From assembly GCA_965208325.1 (NCBI GenBank), contig OZ242326.1, positions 704,001-768,000 of the forward strand: a stretch of 64,000 bases of DNA. Reading direction: 5' to 3'. The translations under genes and the position numbers were made by a program. The DNA comes from Candidatus Poribacteria bacterium (GTDB lineage: Bacteria; Poribacteria; WGA-4E; PCPOR2b). Under the pieces are notes generated by a model. It worked only from the letters and a program-made list of their open reading frames with translations. It was not told where the DNA came from and searched no databases. This document shows positions 58,511 through 64,000 of this stretch, in pieces. Numbering within the stretch: position 1 is the first letter of the stretch; every line of letters begins with the position of its first letter.

Positions 58511-59887
58511 ATGAACAGCGGCGAAAAAGCAATTCGTTGGTTCAGAATTAAATTGGCAATGTTAATGGTACTAAAAAAGATGCTCGCGGCCGCAACGGTT
58601 TGGGGGTTGCTTTGGGGCACCGCGATTATCGTGCTCCGCGCAACTATCGGGATGCCGCGTTTCACGCTGCTGGTCGGCGTTATCGGTCTATCAATTGCCG
58701 TAATCGTTGCTATTATACTCGCGTTGCGTAAAATTCCGAATCGGATTGCCGTAAGAGCTAGCCTAGACAAATACAGCGGCTCCGGCGGGCTTGTGATGGC
58801 GGCAGAAACTGAAGCACTTGGAAAATGGTCTGAACAAATGCCGCGGATCCACCAGCCGCGTTTCCGTTGGCGTGGGGGCATTTCTTTAATCCGCTTTGCA
58901 GGGGCTGCCGTATTCTTATTTATTAGCTTCTTGATTCCGCAACGGTTTGTCGAAATCTCTAAAGCACACCCTCTTGATATCAGCGAAGAGGTCAACAAAT
59001 TGGCGGACGGACTTGATGTGCTCAAAGAAGAAGAGATTATAGAATTAACCCAGGCGGAAGCGCTCGAAGAAAAACTGGATCAGCTGCAAACGGAGGCTGC
59101 AGGCGAAGATCCAGCCAAGACATGGGAAGCGTTGGATCATCTCACGGATGTCATCTCGCAAGAATCCACGGCCGCTGCGGAGGACGCCCTGAACGAAACC
59201 GAAAGCTTGATGGAGGCAGAAACCCTGTCTGATGCGTTAATGAACGATGCATCAGAGATGGAATCCCGTCTGTTAGCGGAGGCAATGACGGCGTTGTCCG
59301 GTTTGCTTCAGAAGGCGGGTGAAGAGAATGAGCTGCTCGCTGAACAGCTTTCAAATTTGGATGCCGATGCGGCTGAGTTTACGTCCGAGCAGCTTAAAGA
59401 AATCTCCGCGGCGTTGCGTCTTTCTAAACGAGAAATCATGGATCGCCTAGCGAAGCTTTATGAAGTAAACCTAATTGATTTGGAAACGCTGAATGCATGT
59501 GAGAAGCTTGGGGAGTGCAACAGCGATGGCCTTGCCGCTTTCCTCGCCGAAAACTCGGGACTCATGTCGGTATCCGATTGCGTCGGCGGTTGGTGTCGAG
59601 GCGGTATCGGACGCGGACCTGGCCATGCCCCCATGACCTGGACCGACGGCTCCACGGAGGAAGGTGCGGAGTTCAAGGAAGAAACTCTTCCACTATCGAA
59701 CATAGCGTCTCTAGAGGATAGTGAAATCTTTGGGGTTAGCGCGGCTGCACCGTCAATAGAGGCATCCAATCCGATAAAGCAATCGGCAGCACTCAATGGT
59801 GCGGCGGTTGGCGGCGGTTCATCCGTTACGCAAACCGTCCTGCCCCGCCACAAAGCGTCGGTTAAACGATATTTTGACAGACCGTAA
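58511..59887 (+). CDS. Membrane-anchored acidic coiled-coil protein of a MoxR-associated locus
   Basis: RBS GAGG and ATG 58511; 3 TM helices, long Glu/Ala helical region, GRGPG and terminal P..K.SV.RYF. Confidence 0.75.
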   Translation: MNSGEKAIRWFRIKLAMLMVLKKMLAAATVWGLLWGTAIIVLRATIGMPRFTLLVGVIGLSIAVIVAIILALRKIPNRIAVRASLDKYSGSGGLVMAAETEALGKWSEQMPRIHQPRFRWRGGISLIRFAGAAVFLFISFLIPQRFVEISKAHPLDISEEVNKLADGLDVLKEEEIIELTQAEALEEKLDQLQTEAAGEDPAKTWEALDHLTDVISQESTAAAEDALNETESLMEAETLSDALMNDASEMESRLLAEAMTALSGLLQKAGEENELLAEQLSNLDADAAEFTSEQLKEISAALRLSKREIMDRLAKLYEVNLIDLETLNACEKLGECNSDGLAAFLAENSGLMSVSDCVGGWCRGGIGRGPGHAPMTWTDGSTEEGAEFKEETLPLSNIASLEDSEIFGVSAAAPSIEASNPIKQSAALNGAAVGGGSSVTQTVLPRHKASVKRYFDRP

Positions 59888-60374
59888 TGCGTCGTTGACG
59901 TAAGCATAGTTTTATTGACTCGCAATTAAATTTACACGGTAATTTTTGAACCTACCGAAACGCGATGATGCCAGCCATCATATCTCCTACTAATGTCACT
60001 AACAAAACACGGGGCGCTAGGTGTTGTATTGCCGGTGGTATGCCGCGTAAAGAAGCCAAATTGTTTCAAAAGGCTATTTCAATTTCGATGATGATAGATA
60101 CTCATGGTTAGCTTTCTTGATATAGATACTCTAATTCACATCAGCCGTCGGAATTGGCACTATCCGGCAATCCAGTGGCGAGTGCGATAGGCTTTACTGT
60201 AGGTTAAAACTATCACCCTCCTTTATTAGCCAGTTGATCCGCTTTTGACTAAGGGCGGAATCCTCGATTGAAGCGCAACGCGCAAGTAATATCTCTTGAC
60301 TGGTAAAGTTCTTCGCAAAAATTTTGGATTTTCCGGACAGCTTATTCACCCTCTCACTCCGCACCGAAGATATA

Positions 60375-61430
60375 ATGCCAGATAACGAGAAATCCGAAAG
60401 CCTTCTTCAACCTGAAGAACTGAGGCCCGCTGTCGATCTTGCGGCGAGAGCACTTGCGGAACTCGACCGAATCCTGCTCGGTCGTTCCGATTTGCATCGC
60501 ATGGTACTCATCGGAATTCTGAGTCATGGACACATTCTGCTTGAGGGTGTGCCCGGTGTTGGTAAAACTGCGCTTGTCAAGGCGTTGGGTCAGCTACTTA
60601 ACCTCGAATTCAACCGCGTACAGTTCACGCCAGACTTGATGCCGGGCGACATTGTCGGTACACATATCCTGCAGCAATCCCCGGAGGGGAGTCGGGAAAT
60701 GACGTTCCAAGCGGGACCAGTTTTCACGAACATCCTGCTCGCCGATGAGATTAATCGCGCTTCTCCGAAAACCCAATCCGCATTGCTTGAGGCAATGCAG
60801 GAGCGTTGCGTCACGCTGCTTGGGAATACTCGCCCGTTGCCGAATCCTTTTTTCGTCCTCGCCTCCCAAAACCCAATCGAATTGGAGGGAACGTACCCGC
60901 TCCCCGAAGCACAGTTGGATCGATTCCTGTTCAAACTAATCGTCCCAAGCGCCGACGTGGCGGTGCTCGACGACATTATCTCAACCCGCCGGCGCGGCGA
61001 ACCGCCCGTACCCGCATGGTCAATGAGCGCCGAGGAACTGCATCAGCTATTCGACGTGATGGATAAAATATTTTTGCCCAAGCCCGTTTCGCGGTACATT
61101 TCACGTTTGACCGCATCTACCCATCCAAATTTTCCTGAGTCTACCGATGATGTTCGAAGATACGTTACCTACGCCGCATCGCCGCGAGCCGCGATAGCGA
61201 TGGCGGAGGCGGCGCGAGCCTCTGCTTTGATTTCGGGCCGCCCAACGGTTGGATTTGAAGATGTGAAATCGGTCGCTTCGTCCGTGCTGAATCATCGCGT
61301 AATTTTGAATTATCAGGCCCGCTTCGATAGTGTGGATACCTTCGCAGTAGTAAGTAGTCTTCTTGACTCCCTTGACGAAACTAACATGAATCTGCCCGAC
61401 GACGTTGAGATTCGATTCGAGTCAGAGTGA
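60375..61430 (+). CDS. moxR: MoxR family AAA+ ATPase
   Basis: LEGVPGVGKT, RVQFTPDLMPGD, LADEINRA.PKTQSALLEAM and QNPIE.EGTYPLPEAQLDRF motifs. Start moved to ATG 60375. Confidence 0.93.
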   Translation: MPDNEKSESLLQPEELRPAVDLAARALAELDRILLGRSDLHRMVLIGILSHGHILLEGVPGVGKTALVKALGQLLNLEFNRVQFTPDLMPGDIVGTHILQQSPEGSREMTFQAGPVFTNILLADEINRASPKTQSALLEAMQERCVTLLGNTRPLPNPFFVLASQNPIELEGTYPLPEAQLDRFLFKLIVPSADVAVLDDIISTRRRGEPPVPAWSMSAEELHQLFDVMDKIFLPKPVSRYISRLTASTHPNFPESTDDVRRYVTYAASPRAAIAMAEAARASALISGRPTVGFEDVKSVASSVLNHRVILNYQARFDSVDTFAVVSSLLDSLDETNMNLPDDVEIRFESE

Positions 61431-61556
61431 GTTTGGATCGTGAACCATCGTAACTAGAATTTGGCAATAGCTGAAAATCAACCCTCATTTAATACCAATT
61501 GATACAAGACAGCGTATCACTTTTGCCAAAACTGACATAATCGGAGGAATCTACCA

Positions 61557-63671
61557 GTGAAGTATTCTACGCCTTATTCCATCCTCATTCTAACCGCCGT
61601 ATGGCTGTGTCTTACCAATTCTAGCACGTACGCACTGAAAGAGTTTGGCGATATTATAATTACACCGGAACTCACCCCTAGCGGCAGTAGTTTCCACGGA
61701 TATGCGGAATACAGAATTAATGTATCCAATCGCTCGCCTGACAAAGCGCATCTCGTAACATTGGCGTTGCCGAAGACCAATTACGGAATGTTTGGCAATC
61801 AAATCCGAAAAATCACCCGTTCAGTAATTGTCGGCCCCTCTGCTACTGCCCGGGTCGCCTTGTTTCAGCCTTCAGTAAGCCTAGATGGACACGGTCTAGA
61901 AGTCACCATAGACGGTAAAGTGCAAGATGACGCGGTTCCACTGTCTATCGGCAATCACGGCCGCCACGACAACGTTTTCATGCCTCACCACCCGGCGGGA
62001 ATGCCGCACACGATACGTAGCAGCAATCCTGAGATTCGAATTTTGATAAGCCGCAATGTGGACACGGCTGATTTGCATTCCCACGTTGGAAACCAACTCA
62101 ACACTTCGAGGTCAACAGGCGGTTTCTCACCATCTGGAGGTGTACCTCACCCATTTGCGCCGCCAAGATCGGGAACCGGCTATGAAACCATTGACCTCGG
62201 ATTCCCGGTTTCAGCGTGGAGCAGCAATTGGCTCGGTTATTCTCGATACGACAGCGTCATTGTCACAGGCGATGACGTGAAAATGATGCCGGCGGATGTT
62301 CAATCCGCGTTGTGGCGCTACGTGGAATGCGGCGGCGCTCTACTTGTATTGGGAGGACGGGAACTTCCCAATATTTGGGGGTTGAAGGCCGCCGCCGATA
62401 CCTCCGAATTTGTTAACTATTATGCCGGTTTCGGTCAGTGTATCGTGACGGCTGACGTGAATACATTTCACTTAACGCCGGAGCAGTGGTCTGAGATTGT
62501 GTCTTCGTGGTTGAAGACTGAAAATCCGCGGAGAACCAGCCGGACGGTTGAGGGTGCTAACGCGATGTTTCCGGTGGTGGAAGGTTTAGGGGTTCCTGTG
62601 CGCAGTATGTACCTATTGATGCTTCTTTTCGCCGTATTGATTGGACCGGTGAACCTCATAGTACTGTCGCGAAAAAAACGCGGCATCTGGATGCTTTGGA
62701 CAGTGCCGGCAATCTCGCTTATTACATGTCTCGCTGTCTTCGTGTACGCGACGTTCGCCGAAGGGTGGGAACGACACGCCCGAATCGAAGCACTGACACT
62801 ACTCAACGAAAAGACTCACCGCGCCACAACGATTGGTTGGACCGCGTTCTATTCAGCGCTCACGCCATCCGACGGTTTGCACTTCGGCTATGATACTGAG
62901 TTGACGCCCCAAATTGCCTCTACTCAGATGGCAGGAACGCCTCGCTCGGTCGACTGGACGCACGACCAACACCTAGAAAGTGGTTGGATGACTGCGCGAG
63001 TACCGGCGCATTTCATGCTGCGCAAGAGCGAAGTGAGGCGTGAGCGTGTCACGGTTAGACGGGGAACAGATAAACGCCTAAGCATTGTTAACGGTCTGGG
63101 CGCTGTCATAAAACAGTTCTGGTTGGCGGATTACGATGGTGAAATCTATTTTGGAAAGGACATTCCTGCGGGCGCGGAAGCGGAATTGAGTGCGCGTACG
63201 CAATTGCGTCTAGGCAACCCGGGTGGAGTTGATGGGACATTTCAATTTGAACTATGGGATTCATCCGTCAATATGGACCTGGATTCCGGGGAAATTTCCC
63301 CATTGCTAAGGGACGAGATGAAATGGCGAGGCGAGCCGCTCTCCGATGATGTTTCCATAGCCGTTTCAAAGCACGGTTATGAGTGGGTAATAACGGATCG
63401 CCTCTCGAATCGGACTTACACCATTAAGGCGGACACTATCGACGGCCCACTCCGAATTCATAGTAACGCAGCGCCTATTTTGCGGGGTATATTTGCCTCC
63501 GATGATTGGATTTACAACATCAATTTTCTCAAGGAAGCTCCGGTAAACTATCTCCGCCCCAACTGTTATATCGCAGAATTATCGTCTGCTCCATTTATTG
63601 AGGATGGTCTTCGAAACACGACAGAAAAAAGATATAGCTCGGTCGTTTATGGCATTTTGGATGTGCAATGA
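61557..63671 (+). CDS. Secreted/membrane hypothetical protein (class I glutamine amidotransferase-like central region) carrying a ~70-aa guest domain
   Basis: RBS GGAGG, signal peptide, W.GY..YD...AL..YV..GG.L.V.GG segment, two TM helices, and a segment similar to the AspRS insertion. Confidence 0.75.
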   Translation: MKYSTPYSILILTAVWLCLTNSSTYALKEFGDIIITPELTPSGSSFHGYAEYRINVSNRSPDKAHLVTLALPKTNYGMFGNQIRKITRSVIVGPSATARVALFQPSVSLDGHGLEVTIDGKVQDDAVPLSIGNHGRHDNVFMPHHPAGMPHTIRSSNPEIRILISRNVDTADLHSHVGNQLNTSRSTGGFSPSGGVPHPFAPPRSGTGYETIDLGFPVSAWSSNWLGYSRYDSVIVTGDDVKMMPADVQSALWRYVECGGALLVLGGRELPNIWGLKAAADTSEFVNYYAGFGQCIVTADVNTFHLTPEQWSEIVSSWLKTENPRRTSRTVEGANAMFPVVEGLGVPVRSMYLLMLLFAVLIGPVNLIVLSRKKRGIWMLWTVPAISLITCLAVFVYATFAEGWERHARIEALTLLNEKTHRATTIGWTAFYSALTPSDGLHFGYDTELTPQIASTQMAGTPRSVDWTHDQHLESGWMTARVPAHFMLRKSEVRRERVTVRRGTDKRLSIVNGLGAVIKQFWLADYDGEIYFGKDIPAGAEAELSARTQLRLGNPGGVDGTFQFELWDSSVNMDLDSGEISPLLRDEMKWRGEPLSDDVSIAVSKHGYEWVITDRLSNRTYTIKADTIDGPLRIHSNAAPILRGIFASDDWIYNINFLKEAPVNYLRPNCYIAELSSAPFIEDGLRNTTEKRYSSVVYGILDVQ

Positions 63672-64000
63672 GTATCGAATTACATTACAATTTGGGTGGG
63701 AATAAACTTAACTTTTGTTGGAGATTGTACGCAGCGCAACAAGAAACTTGTCTCGATCTATCACTTTGGGAAGAAAACTTAATAACGAACATTTTGACCT
63801 ACAAATCAAGACCGATTGGTTTTTGTGTGCCGCGTCCATGCCGCGTATAGTGCCATGAATAGCGGTGCAAACCGTTTTAAACCCAAGGGAGTTTTCCAAT
63901 GCAAATCAATGTCGATCACGTCAAGAAATATTTCGGCCGAACTCGCGCCGTTGACAATATTTCATTCTCGTTTTCATCGGGAGACGTTGTCGGATTTGTC

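Noticed and set aside
60094..60131. Direct repeat ATAGATACTC x2, 28 bp apart, upstream of moxR
   Set aside because: Only two 10-bp copies; it could be a regulator site but cannot be distinguished from chance.
63668..64000. Gene following the last CDS
   Set aside because: Only ~60-aa ORFs without motifs; cannot be resolved at the window edge.

Overview
64-kb, gene-dense bacterial window of moderate GC, with most genes on the minus strand. It most likely comes from Candidatus Poribacteria, inferred from the many signal-peptide LamG and PD40 proteins ending in a V-x-P-x-x-K-L-x-T-T-W-G/A-x-L-K tail. Housekeeping genes (rsfS, yqeK, yacG, nadD, rimI, tatD, der, hisS, aspS, mtnA) are mixed with transporters, a general L-amino-acid ABC operon bracketed by two decayed IS remnants, a GH116/PfkB/oxidoreductase/epimerase catabolic cluster, eight secreted LamG/PD40 proteins, an orphan cas6 and the start of a MoxR AAA+ locus. 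The most notable observations are: (1) an archaeal-type tRNA-guanine transglycosylase fused to a domain carrying the exact archaeosine-synthase motif PCx3KPYx2Sx2H, next to a PP-loop ATPase, a candidate bacterial 7-deazaguanine/archaeosine modification system; (2) a ~70-aa 'guest' domain found both inside the anticodon-binding domain of AspRS and inside an unrelated protein 33 kb away (21/51 ungapped identities); (3) a shared C-terminal putative sorting signal on eight secreted proteins of two different folds; (4) a UxxC ArsC-like selenoprotein missed by the ORF track; (5) a pyrophosphatase homologue with a remodelled active site. No rRNA, tRNA or CRISPR array was seen. All calls rest on motif recognition by eye; no database searches were run.
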